Shown here one piece after another: positions 25,313 to 33,858 of a stretch of 64,000 bases of DNA. The position numbers were made by a program, and so were the translations under genes. This DNA comes from an uncultured Woeseiaceae bacterium. Lineage in GTDB: Bacteria; Pseudomonadota; Gammaproteobacteria; Steroidobacterales; Woeseiaceae. The notes under the pieces are model-generated. The model did no database searches and was not told where the DNA came from. It saw only the letters and a list, made by a program, of their open reading frames with translations. The stretch's first letter is position 1, and each line of letters starts with the position of its first letter. Location: contig CAYXKM010000285.1 of the NCBI GenBank assembly GCA_964465665.1, forward strand, positions 1,435 through 65,434, read 5' to 3'.

Positions 25313-26125
25313 GTGCCCAAAAAGCCGTTGATACTCACGTCGATGTTCGCATTGCTGGCTGCATTCGACATCAGCAAGGCCACCTGCGCGGACCCACTGC
25401 GCGTGGAGCGGTTGAACTGGGCGGGCGTCAGGTTCGTATACGGAACCACGACCGTACTCGTCGACGCCGTCGGCGGGGAATTCTGGGACAACGATCCGCC
25501 CGAGGGTCTGGCCGGGGTGAGCGCCGAAACCGCGCGGCGTTACGCACTGCTGACTCACGTGCATAACGATCACTTTGACGCAGGGACGCTGAAACGTGTA
25601 CTTGGCGACCGCGGTACTGTCATATGCCATGAATCAACGGCAGTTTACGTTGCATCGAGGGGACTTAAAGTCACGCCGGTTGCGATGTACGAACCTGTCG
25701 TTCGCGGTGACTTCACTTTCATTGCCGTCCCGGCAGAAGACGGGTTCGGCGACGAGCAGGTGAGCTGGATAGTATCCGTGAACGGAAAACGGTTCTTTCA
25801 CGGCGGCGATACTCTGTGGCACGGCCAATGGCAGACGATCGGCGCTCAGTACGGGCCCTTCGACGCTGCGTTTCTGCCGATCAATGGCGCCCGACTGCAA
25901 AGCGACCCGATGCCGGAGACGCCCGGCGTGCTGACTCCGGTTCAGGCGGTCGACGCGGGCAAAATCCTGCGCGCCAGCAAGATCGTGCCGATCCATTTCG
26001 GGCTCAACGATCCGCCGGCCTACGTCGAGGTTGAGAATCCGCTGTCAACGTTTCAGACGGAAGCTGCGCGTCGTGGCATGCCGGTGGAACATTTGCTGCC
26101 GGGCGAGGCACTGATCCTGGACTAG
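25313..26125 (+). CDS. MBL-fold metallo-hydrolase (secreted)
   Basis: ORF 25253..26125 with an HVHNDH motif. Start uncertain. I chose the GTG at 25313, which follows GGAG and gives a signal-like N-terminus. The ORF-track start is 25253. Confidence 0.75.
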   Translation: MPKKPLILTSMFALLAAFDISKATCADPLRVERLNWAGVRFVYGTTTVLVDAVGGEFWDNDPPEGLAGVSAETARRYALLTHVHNDHFDAGTLKRVLGDRGTVICHESTAVYVASRGLKVTPVAMYEPVVRGDFTFIAVPAEDGFGDEQVSWIVSVNGKRFFHGGDTLWHGQWQTIGAQYGPFDAAFLPINGARLQSDPMPETPGVLTPVQAVDAGKILRASKIVPIHFGLNDPPAYVEVENPLSTFQTEAARRGMPVEHLLPGEALILD

Positions 26126-26222
26126 ATACAGGTCACCTCCAGAGCCCGGGGAAGGGCCGCGCCCGCGCCCGGGCCCTGGGTCACTGGAATCGTGGCCAGG
26201 TTTCCGGCATCGACAACACGCA

Positions 26223-27050
26223 TCAGCCGGCGAGAGTCGCTCTTACGGCGTCACGGTAACTACGGCTGAGCGGTATTTCGCCGCCACTCTTCAGCCGTAT
26301 CCGGTACCCGGAGTCGGCCGGCCGGATTTCCTGGATCCTGTCGATATTGACTATGAAACTGCGGTGCGTGCGGAGAAAAGGTTCCCCGGCCATTCTTTTC
26401 TCCAGGTTGTTTATGGTGTCCCGCAGCAGGAACTCCTTGTCACCGACGTGCACCACCAGGTAATTCCGCGCGGCGGAAACGTAGTCGATCTCCGCAATGT
26501 GCACGATGCTCTCACCGCTCCCGGTTTGTACCACCAGCCGGCCCTGCAACGGTGCTGCGGGAGGCTTCGACAGCCGGAAATGGCGAAAGTACTGGTACGC
26601 GGCCACGATCAGCACGATGGCCACGTAGATCTTGATATCGAGCTGGTACTCGACGATCAGGTTCGATGCGTAGCTTTGCAGCCAGCTGTACTCCATGCCA
26701 TTGAGCTGAAAAACAACAATGCGAAAAAACACCATCAGGCTGTAGTGGCCGAATGCGAAGATTACGCTGCCTGCGGTATGACCGATGACCGCAGGAACCC
26801 ACTGGTCACGCTTCAGTGGAAACAGCTTTAGCCAGTAAATGACGAAGGGAATCATCAGCACGGCGGCCGCAGCGCTCGTGCCCTGATCCGTGAACAACCG
26901 GAAATCGTCCTTGCCGTAACCGGCCTGGTCACGAATCGCGAGCTTTGACAGCGTATCGACCGTCCACAGGAAGCCCACCCCGGCGACCCATGCCAGGACC
27001 TCCGCCGACCTCCGGCGCAAGCTTCCGCGGCTTTGCTCTTCGTCGTTCAA
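26223..27050 (-). CDS. Membrane-anchored LytTR-family DNA-binding protein
   Basis: ORF 26223..27050 with a TTG start. About 4 TM segments are followed by a C-terminal LytTR domain (YVSAARNYLVVHV...FLRTHRSFIVNIDRI). Confidence 0.85.
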   Translation of the reverse strand: MNDEEQSRGSLRRRSAEVLAWVAGVGFLWTVDTLSKLAIRDQAGYGKDDFRLFTDQGTSAAAAVLMIPFVIYWLKLFPLKRDQWVPAVIGHTAGSVIFAFGHYSLMVFFRIVVFQLNGMEYSWLQSYASNLIVEYQLDIKIYVAIVLIVAAYQYFRHFRLSKPPAAPLQGRLVVQTGSGESIVHIAEIDYVSAARNYLVVHVGDKEFLLRDTINNLEKRMAGEPFLRTHRSFIVNIDRIQEIRPADSGYRIRLKSGGEIPLSRSYRDAVRATLAG

Positions 27051-27100
27051 TTTCGTCCCCGCCCACCGGTCATTCGTACCACCTGGCTGTCATTCGTCCC
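27051..27100. promoter_or_regulatory. Three direct repeats with exact 20-bp phasing (candidate LytTR operator)
   Basis: tttcgtcccc (27051-60), cattcgtacc (27071-80) and cattcgtccc (27091-100). GTCATTCGT is identical at 27069-77 and 27089-97. Confidence 0.5.
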
Positions 27101-27195
27101 GAAGCTTAAGCCTTCGCCTGCACGGGACACTAAATTTTCGCCGCATTCGACGGGTCCGGCGACCCGTTGTCAACCCGACCCTCAAGGATCACACG

Positions 27196-28410
27196 ATGAC
27201 TTTACACGAGCTCAAGAACAGCAAGGCGATTGCCGCTGCGTGCACCATTCTTGTACTGCTGGTTCTGACCGCCTGTGGTGGCGGAAGCAACGGCCCGGAG
27301 CCGGCGCCACCTGAACCGCCCTACAGCTACCGGTTGCCGGCAAGCAAAGCCGACGGCTGGATCGTTGCCGGCGCCGGCAGCCTTGGCATGTCCGAGCAAC
27401 TGCTCGAAGACATGATGAATGCGATGGCGTCCGAATTCGACATCGTGGATTCGATTGCCATTGCCCACGAGGGGCAGCTGGTGCTCGATGAAACCCTGCG
27501 CACGAACACCGATTCTTTTGACGAGCGGGCAGGTAACGTCGACCCGACAATGCACGCCCTGTTCTCGATGTCCAAAAGCCTGGCCTCGATTGCCATCGGC
27601 GTCGCCATCGACCAGGGCATCATCGACGGCGTGAGCACGGCTTACCTTGATCTCTTTCCGTATACGTCGTACGAAAATTGGGATGACCGGAAGAACAGCA
27701 TCACGCTTGAAGACGTTCTGACCATGCGTCTCGGTCTCGAGTGGAACGAATGGGATCCGCCCTACTCGTCGATGGACAACGAAATGGTGCGCTTTTACGA
27801 CACGCAGACGGATTTCAGCAAAGCGCTGCTGGATCTGCCAATGGCAAGCGATCCCGGAACAGCCTTTGCCTACAACACGCCAGCGACCGTGTCCCTGGGG
27901 CAAGCAATCGAAACCAACGGCCCGCTGTCACTGCTGGATTTCGGGCTCGTCCATGTGATCGCGCCGCTGCAAATCAGCGAGATCGAAGTACTCACTACGC
28001 CGACGGGACTGCCGGATCTCGGTCGCGGTCTGTACCTCGCCGCACGCGACCTGCTGAAGTTCGGTCAGCTGCTGGCGGATCGCGGGCGGTGGAACGGGCA
28101 GCAGATCGTCAGCGAGGCCTGGGCCGATGTATCGACGCAACTGCATGTCGCGCTGAGCTGGGCACATCCGGAGAACTTCGCCTGGACGCTCGACGGCTAC
28201 GGATATCTGTGGTGGACCGGCTACTTCGAACATGATGGGCAAGAGCTGCGTACGTTTGCCGCGCGAGGATTCGGTCAGCAACTGCTGATGGTGATACCGG
28301 AGCTCGAGCTGGTCATCGCGATTTACTCCCATGCCTGGAATGAAGAGGCCGACGAAGTGAATCAACTGTTCGATCTTATCAATCGCTACATCCTTCCTGC
28401 TGTCACGTGA
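27196..28410 (+). CDS. Serine hydrolase, beta-lactamase/PBP4-related lipoprotein
   Basis: ORF 27196..28410. Lipobox LVLTAC and SxxK motif (FSMSKSL). Confidence 0.85.
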   Translation: MTLHELKNSKAIAAACTILVLLVLTACGGGSNGPEPAPPEPPYSYRLPASKADGWIVAGAGSLGMSEQLLEDMMNAMASEFDIVDSIAIAHEGQLVLDETLRTNTDSFDERAGNVDPTMHALFSMSKSLASIAIGVAIDQGIIDGVSTAYLDLFPYTSYENWDDRKNSITLEDVLTMRLGLEWNEWDPPYSSMDNEMVRFYDTQTDFSKALLDLPMASDPGTAFAYNTPATVSLGQAIETNGPLSLLDFGLVHVIAPLQISEIEVLTTPTGLPDLGRGLYLAARDLLKFGQLLADRGRWNGQQIVSEAWADVSTQLHVALSWAHPENFAWTLDGYGYLWWTGYFEHDGQELRTFAARGFGQQLLMVIPELELVIAIYSHAWNEEADEVNQLFDLINRYILPAVT

Positions 28411-28643
28411 CCTGCGATGCGCACGATGCCGGTGCATTTGCGCTGGGAACGCGCACCAATCGGAAGCATGAAGTAACAAAGGCAACCATCGGCGCAGGCA
28501 AGGACACGAGACTTTGGGCCAATCCTGGCCTGTCATCGAAGTGCAAAGCAGCATTGGTACGATTCATGCAGGTACTCTGTCGAACCAGCGAATGCGCGCC
28601 CGGGTAGCGACACGTTTATGCAAAAGAACGCAATTCACAGGAA

Positions 28644-29549
28644 TTGCCGGAGATGAGCGCTCCGGCGAAACGAATGTCCATGCGCGGCGTTCGCACCTTC
28701 TGTGTCGCCGCGCGGCACGGCAGCTTCCGGTCGGCTGCAGAGGACCTGTTCATTACCGCATCGGCTGTCAGTCACCAGGTGAAAAAGCTCGAGGAAGAAC
28801 TGGGAGTCAAACTGTTCGAGCGCCGCGGTCGCGATCTCGAATTGACGCAGGCCGGGCATATACTCTTCGAGGAGGCAGATCCGGCCATTCGGCGCCTCGA
28901 TACAGTGGCGGATGGCTTGCGGCCGGAGTCGCCGCAAGTCACGTTGCGCGTATCGGTGCAGCCGTTCTTTGCCAGCGAAATGTTCGTACCCAGGCTGTCG
29001 CAGTTCACGGCATTGCATCCGGAGATCGATATCTCCGTCGACACCAGTGACGAATCCGTAGAGAAACACCCGGCCAATGCCGATGTTTCGATCCGGCTCT
29101 TTGGTACGCCGCCGAAGGGCCTTGCGGCGACGGCGCTGTTTCCGCTGATGCTCGTGCCGGCGTGCTCGCCGGAGTTTCGCGCGGGACTGAACATGGTCGG
29201 CTGGAATGTGCGCGAGCCGTTTCCGCTGGTCGTGCATACCACGCGTCCGGATGCGTGGCGGTTATGGTCGGAGTATTCCGGTATTCATATTCCCAAGACG
29301 CGAAACATCATTCGGCTGGATTCCATGATTGCAGTTGCCCGGGCAGTAGAACGTGGAGTAGGTGCAGCATTGCTACCACTGCCACTGAGCAATGCCTGGT
29401 TTCAGTCAGGAAGCCTGGTACGGCTCTTCGATCAGGAAATGCAATCGAGCGATGCGTACTACGTGGCGTACGAGAAACACCAGGGCCACCGCCCGGAAGT
29501 GCAGGCATTACGCAACTGGGTGTTACAGGAGTTCGGTACCGATGCATGA
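28644..29549 (+). CDS. LysR-family transcriptional regulator (GcvA-like)
   Basis: ORF 28644..29549 with HTH SFRSAAEDLFITASAVSHQVKKLE. Alternative in-frame ATG starts up to 28680. Confidence 0.88.
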   Translation: MPEMSAPAKRMSMRGVRTFCVAARHGSFRSAAEDLFITASAVSHQVKKLEEELGVKLFERRGRDLELTQAGHILFEEADPAIRRLDTVADGLRPESPQVTLRVSVQPFFASEMFVPRLSQFTALHPEIDISVDTSDESVEKHPANADVSIRLFGTPPKGLAATALFPLMLVPACSPEFRAGLNMVGWNVREPFPLVVHTTRPDAWRLWSEYSGIHIPKTRNIIRLDSMIAVARAVERGVGAALLPLPLSNAWFQSGSLVRLFDQEMQSSDAYYVAYEKHQGHRPEVQALRNWVLQEFGTDA

Positions 29550-29621
29550 AAAATTCTCATGCGTGACAGAAGTTTAATTCGTTTGTTTCCCTGCAGTCGT
29601 GAACTGTAAGTTGGCGTCGTC

Positions 29622-29640
29622 GGTAAACACCGTGTTTACC
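29622..29640. promoter_or_regulatory. Perfect 9+1+9 palindrome (candidate operator)
   Basis: GGTAAACAC-C-GTGTTTACC, 46 nt upstream of the TPR gene's ATG and 73 nt downstream of the LysR stop. Confidence 0.4.
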
Positions 29641-29642
29641 CG

Positions 29643-29663
29643 AAGCCCGGTAGCCGGGTTTTC
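29643..29663 (+). terminator. Short intrinsic-terminator-like hairpin
   Basis: AAGCCCGG-TAG-CCGGGTTTT, downstream of the LysR gene. Confidence 0.45.
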
Positions 29664-29685
29664 GCACTTCGCAGGAGGGCACACA

Positions 29686-30228
29686 ATGTTCACGAACGAG
29701 AGAAAGCACAAAGCGATTGCCTCAAGCGGCAAGCTTGCAGTTGCGATTCTGCTGCTGGCTGGCGGGTCATCGCTGGCCGAGCAAACATCGCCGTCGGCAT
29801 ACCGTATGGCCGTGATCAAGGACGATGCCTATGGCCGCGTGATGATGTCCGGGGACTACGACAAAGGGATCGAAAAGATCAGTTCCTACCGATACAAGAA
29901 AGGACGAACGTTCGCAGCGCAAAACAACCTCTGCGTTGCCTACACGCTGACCCGGAAGTTTGATGCAGCGGTTGCAGCGTGCGAGACGGCGCTCTCTATC
30001 AGCGAGCGTTACGTACGCCATCGCAGTTCGCCCATCAGCCCGTTCACTTCACAGGATCTTGCGCTGGCTTACTCGAATCGCGGTGTGCTTCGTGCCGTAA
30101 CCGGCGACGCCGATGGGGCGAGGCAGGATTTCGAGTCTGCCGCCAGGGCTAACACGGACATGCAAGCTGCAAATGAAAACCTGGCGCGACTCAAAGCCAG
30201 CCAGGCAACAGCACTGTCATCTTTGTAG
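29686..30228 (+). CDS. Secreted TPR-like protein
   Basis: ORF 29599..30228 trimmed to the ATG at 29686 (GGAGGG RBS). Signal peptide and TPR-like helices (NNLCVAYT..., LALAYSNRGVL...). Confidence 0.7.
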   Translation: MFTNERKHKAIASSGKLAVAILLLAGGSSLAEQTSPSAYRMAVIKDDAYGRVMMSGDYDKGIEKISSYRYKKGRTFAAQNNLCVAYTLTRKFDAAVAACETALSISERYVRHRSSPISPFTSQDLALAYSNRGVLRAVTGDADGARQDFESAARANTDMQAANENLARLKASQATALSSL

Positions 30229-30309
30229 ATCAGGAGATCCGAACCACGTGACCGATCATTGAGGCACCCGTTACGCCACCGTTTTGGCAAGCGTCAATGG
30301 TCACAACCG

Positions 30310-30342
30310 GCCGGCCCGCACCCCCCGCGGGCCGGCTTTTTT
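30310..30342 (+). terminator. Rho-independent terminator
   Basis: GCCGGCCCGC-ACCCCCC-GCGGGCCGGC followed by TTTTTT. Confidence 0.8.
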
Positions 30343-30356
30343 CCGAGGAGTGAGAG

Positions 30357-30430
30357 TGGAGCGGGTGATGGGAATTGAACCCACGTCTCCAGCTTGGGAA
30401 GCTGGGGCCCTACCATTAGACGACACCCGC
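30357..30430 (-). tRNA. tRNA-Gly (anticodon CCC), CCA encoded
   Basis: Reverse complement reads GCGGGTG TC GTCT AATGGTA GGGC C CCAGC TTCCCAA GCTGG AGAC GTGGG TTCAATT CCCAT CACCCGC TCCA. It folds as a cloverleaf and is collinear with E. coli tRNA-Gly(CCC) as I recall it. Confidence 0.92.
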
Positions 30431-30607
30431 CAATTGCCGGCTTTCGGCTGATTCTACATTTGCATCCGGTAACAAGTCACCGCTGCAGCGCAGCGGATGA
30501 CACGATCCTGCGGCTCCGATCGTCCTCGCGCGCCTGGCACCGTATCATTTCTGCCGGATTCTGAGCATCATACGGTCCCGGATGGCAGTCCTGTAAAGAG
30601 TATCGCG

Positions 30608-31255
30608 GTGAAACAAAAATCATACTCGCCACGATCGTGGTTGATTTGCGGATTCGTGGTCCTGCTTGGCGCATGCGCCATGAGTTCGAGCGTCACCACG
30701 GTCCAGGAAGTGTCGGATGTGGCAGAAACGCCGTACAAGAAGATCCTGGTCATCGCCCTGTTCTCGTCATTCGATACGCGGCGATATCTCGAGACGGAGG
30801 TTGTCAAGCAACTCGCCAGCCATGGCACCGATGCGATCGCCGCAACTTCGATGATGAATTCAAAAACACCCGTTAACCGGCAAACCCTTATCCCACTGGT
30901 CGAAGAGATTGCTGCGGATGCCGTCCTGGTCACACAAATGGTGAGTCTTGCGTCGGACGCCAAGGTAAAGGAGATGAATCCGCAATCGACCCACATCTTT
31001 AGGCCAACCTATTATTACAATGTATGGACCTACGAACTGACCGAGTACGTCGAGCCACCGAGCGTGGATTTCAAGCATGCGCTCAGGCTGGCAACACAGC
31101 TTTACGCCGTTTCGACCCAGGAACAGGTGTGGGCAATCGAGATCGACTCGAAGATCCGACAGGATACCGATCACTTGCGCGACTACTCGATATTCGTGAA
31201 AGAGGCAGAGACGATCGTCTCGGAAGTCTCTCGCGACGGGCTGATCGCACGCTAA
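30608..31255 (+). CDS. Hypothetical lipoprotein
   Basis: ORF 30497..31255 trimmed to the GTG at 30608, which gives the lipobox VLLGAC. No family recognised. Confidence 0.55.
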   Translation: MKQKSYSPRSWLICGFVVLLGACAMSSSVTTVQEVSDVAETPYKKILVIALFSSFDTRRYLETEVVKQLASHGTDAIAATSMMNSKTPVNRQTLIPLVEEIAADAVLVTQMVSLASDAKVKEMNPQSTHIFRPTYYYNVWTYELTEYVEPPSVDFKHALRLATQLYAVSTQEQVWAIEIDSKIRQDTDHLRDYSIFVKEAETIVSEVSRDGLIAR

Positions 31256-31384
31256 CTGTGACGTAGGCGACCTTTTGCACACTTCGACTGCATCGTAAAA
31301 TAGCGAAACGTACCTGTTCTGCCTGAAAGAAGTTCTGGTCATGTTTGGTTTTGTTCCGCTTGGGAGATATTTACGTATGACGTA

Positions 31385-31987
31385 ATGCTTCAAAGATCAA
31401 TGCTTTTGAATACCGTTTCAATCTGCCTGCTTTTGGCAGTGGCGGCATTCCTGTCAGTCGGTAATGCACACGCCCAGGCCGGCGCTTACCGTGGAGGCAG
31501 CGTCGGCAGTGCGACCGTCGAAGTCGATATTCCCGACGAGAATCTCGGCGAGGTTTTTGAGTTCGACGAGAATGACTTCGCGTGGAAAGCTTTCGGCGGC
31601 TACAACTTCGATCTGGGTGCCGTCGATCTCGCAATCGAGGGTGGCTATGTAGATCTGGGTGCGCCGAGCGGCGATTTGCTCGGGAGTGAGGTTGAACTCG
31701 ATGTCATCGGTTGGGACGTTTTCGGAGTCCTCGGCGTTGACATCGGCCCGGTCGGCGTCTTCGCCAAGGCTGGGATGGTGTCGTGGGATGTCTCAGCCTC
31801 GATCGATGGCGTCGATTCGGGTAGCGACGACGGCACGGACCCAGCCTACGGAATCGGCGCCCGATTTGCGCTTGGCAATCTTGAGATACGCGGCGAATAC
31901 GAGATGTTCGATATCGATCCGGAAGATACGGATAGCGCGGACGTGTACATGTTGTCGGCCGGACTCGTCTTCAATTTCGGCGGTTAG
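31385..31987 (+). CDS. Small outer-membrane beta-barrel protein (paralog of 40961..41500)
   Basis: ORF 31385..31987. Signal peptide ends AHA-QA. Shares blocks with the 40961..41500 product (EGGY/W, FAKAGMVSWD/FGKAGIISWD, RGEYEMFDI/RAEYEWFDI). C-terminal FNFGG. Confidence 0.75.
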   Translation: MLQRSMLLNTVSICLLLAVAAFLSVGNAHAQAGAYRGGSVGSATVEVDIPDENLGEVFEFDENDFAWKAFGGYNFDLGAVDLAIEGGYVDLGAPSGDLLGSEVELDVIGWDVFGVLGVDIGPVGVFAKAGMVSWDVSASIDGVDSGSDDGTDPAYGIGARFALGNLEIRGEYEMFDIDPEDTDSADVYMLSAGLVFNFGG

Positions 31988-32031
31988 TCACTTTTCCTGA
32001 ATTCGTAATTTTCAGGAATTTCGCGTAGTTT

Positions 32032-32062
32032 CCTGTATGCGCCGCCATGGCGCATACAGGAA
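32032..32062. other. Perfect 13-bp stem-loop between the OMP gene and the SLC13 permease gene
   Basis: TCCTGTATGCGCC-GCCAT-GGCGCATACAGGA, with no T-run. A second 8-bp hairpin (TTCCTGAA..TTCAGGAA) lies just upstream. Confidence 0.6.
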
Positions 32063-32071
32063 CGAGATCTT

Positions 32072-33844
32072 GTGACAGCCGACCAGGGCATACTCTACAC
32101 ACTGCTCGTTTGCGTTTTCGTCCTACTCATCTGGGGACGATGGCGATATGACCTGGTCGCTTTCGCAGCATTACTCGCGGCGCTGCTGACCGGCATCGTG
32201 CCCGCCGACAAGGCGTTCTCCGGGTTTGGCCACCCCGCGGTCATCATCATTGCTTTCGTACTCATCGTCAGCCGTGGCCTGTCGAACAGCGGGGCCATCG
32301 AGCTGCTGGCTCGATTCGTGGTGTCCGGGTCGCGCAAGCTCTCGGCGCACATCGGAATCATGTCGTCACTTGCGGCTGTGCTGTCGGCGGTGATGAACAA
32401 TGTCGCGGCGCTTACTCTCCTGATGCCCGTAGATATCCAGGCGGCTGCAAAGGCGAACAGGAGCCCGGCCCTGTCACTGATGCCGCTGTCCTTCGCGTCG
32501 ATCCTCGGCGGCATGATCACCCTGATCGGAACGCCACCGAACATCGTCATATCCGAGTTTCGAAACGATGCGCTCGGCGCACCGTACAACATGTTCGATT
32601 TCACACCGGTCGGGATTGCCTGCGCGGCGGTCGGCGTCGCCTATGTCGCGCTCATCGGCTGGCGATTGCTGCCCGCCGAACGCCTCGAAGTGAAATCATC
32701 CAGGGATTCCTTTGATCTGGCGGGCTACATCGCGGAACTCAAGGTCTCGAAAAACTCCCCGGTGATCGGCAAGCGTGTTCGCGAGCTGGACGAACTGGCC
32801 GATGCGAGCGACGTGGAAATACTTGGCCTGATCCGTAACGGCAGACGCATGCCCGGGTTTGCGCGCATCGTCGAGATACAGGCGGGCGATACCCTGGTGG
32901 TCGAAGCTAACCCGGAAAGTATCGAGGGCGCACTCGGGAGCATGGGGCTCGAGTACATCGGCACCGGCGAAGTCCTGGTGAAAGACGAACATATAGAGCT
33001 GCAGGAAGTGGTCGTTCCCGAAGCGTCGCAACTTGCCGGCCGGTCTGCCCACGCGGTGCGCATGCTTTATCGCTATCGCGTCGGCCTGGTTGGTGTATCA
33101 AGAGGCGGCGTTCGATTTCGCGAAGATGTTCGCAAACTGAATATCGAACCGGGCGATGTCCTGCTGCTGCTGGGTGATGAGGAGGGTCTGGGAGACATCA
33201 TCGGCCATCTCGGTCTCCTCCCGCTGGCAGATCGCGGACAAAAGGTAATCAAGCGAAACAAGGCGGGGTGGGCGGTCGCGCTGTTTGTCGCAGCAATCGT
33301 CGCAGCGAGTTTCGGACTCGTGCATTTGCCGACGGCGCTCGGCTGTGTCGTTGCAGGCTACGTGATACTTAACGTTGTACCGCTACGTGACCTGTACGAC
33401 TCGATTGAATGGCCTGTCATCGTGCTCCTGGGGAGCCTGATCCCGATCGGTGTTGCATTGCAGACTACGGGCGCCACATCGCAGATCGCTGACGGAATTC
33501 TGAGTGTGTCCGGCGGCTACTCGCCAGTGATCGTGCTGGTTCTCCTTATTCTTGTGACGATGACCCTGTCCGATGTCATGAACAACACAGCAACTGCCGT
33601 CATTGCAGCGCCCCTGGCGGTCGAGATTGCCGCGCATTTGCAGGTCAACCCGGATCCGTTCCTGATGGGAGTTGCCGTAGCGGCGTCAAGCGCTTTCCTG
33701 ACGCCGATCGGTCACAAGAACAACACACTCATTATGGGGCCGGGTGGCTATCAGTTCGGCGATTACTGGCGGATGGGGTTGCCGCTCGAGATCCTCGTGG
33801 TCGCGGTTTCCGTACCGATGATCCTGTGGGTCTGGCCCTTATAA
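32072..33844 (+). CDS. SLC13/DASS-type anion permease with central TrkA-C domains
   Basis: ORF 32072..33844 with a GTG start. Multi-TM N- and C-terminal halves (VMNNVAA / VMNNTATA repeats) flank two soluble RCK_C-like segments. Confidence 0.85.
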   Translation: MTADQGILYTLLVCVFVLLIWGRWRYDLVAFAALLAALLTGIVPADKAFSGFGHPAVIIIAFVLIVSRGLSNSGAIELLARFVVSGSRKLSAHIGIMSSLAAVLSAVMNNVAALTLLMPVDIQAAAKANRSPALSLMPLSFASILGGMITLIGTPPNIVISEFRNDALGAPYNMFDFTPVGIACAAVGVAYVALIGWRLLPAERLEVKSSRDSFDLAGYIAELKVSKNSPVIGKRVRELDELADASDVEILGLIRNGRRMPGFARIVEIQAGDTLVVEANPESIEGALGSMGLEYIGTGEVLVKDEHIELQEVVVPEASQLAGRSAHAVRMLYRYRVGLVGVSRGGVRFREDVRKLNIEPGDVLLLLGDEEGLGDIIGHLGLLPLADRGQKVIKRNKAGWAVALFVAAIVAASFGLVHLPTALGCVVAGYVILNVVPLRDLYDSIEWPVIVLLGSLIPIGVALQTTGATSQIADGILSVSGGYSPVIVLVLLILVTMTLSDVMNNTATAVIAAPLAVEIAAHLQVNPDPFLMGVAVAASSAFLTPIGHKNNTLIMGPGGYQFGDYWRMGLPLEILVVAVSVPMILWVWPL

Positions 33845-33858
33845 CGTGTGGTGCGGGA

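Noticed and set aside
28402-28411. Perfect 10-bp palindrome GTCACGTGAC over the serine-hydrolase stop codon, reminiscent of the GTCAC hexamers at 198-4445
   Set aside because: Dozens of 10-bp perfect palindromes are expected by chance in 64 kb. The flanks do not match the TGGTGACAGTKACC element.
30357-30430. tRNA-Gly as a possible genomic-island integration site
   Set aside because: There is no integrase, no direct repeat of the tRNA 3' end, and no obvious compositional break in the neighbouring genes.
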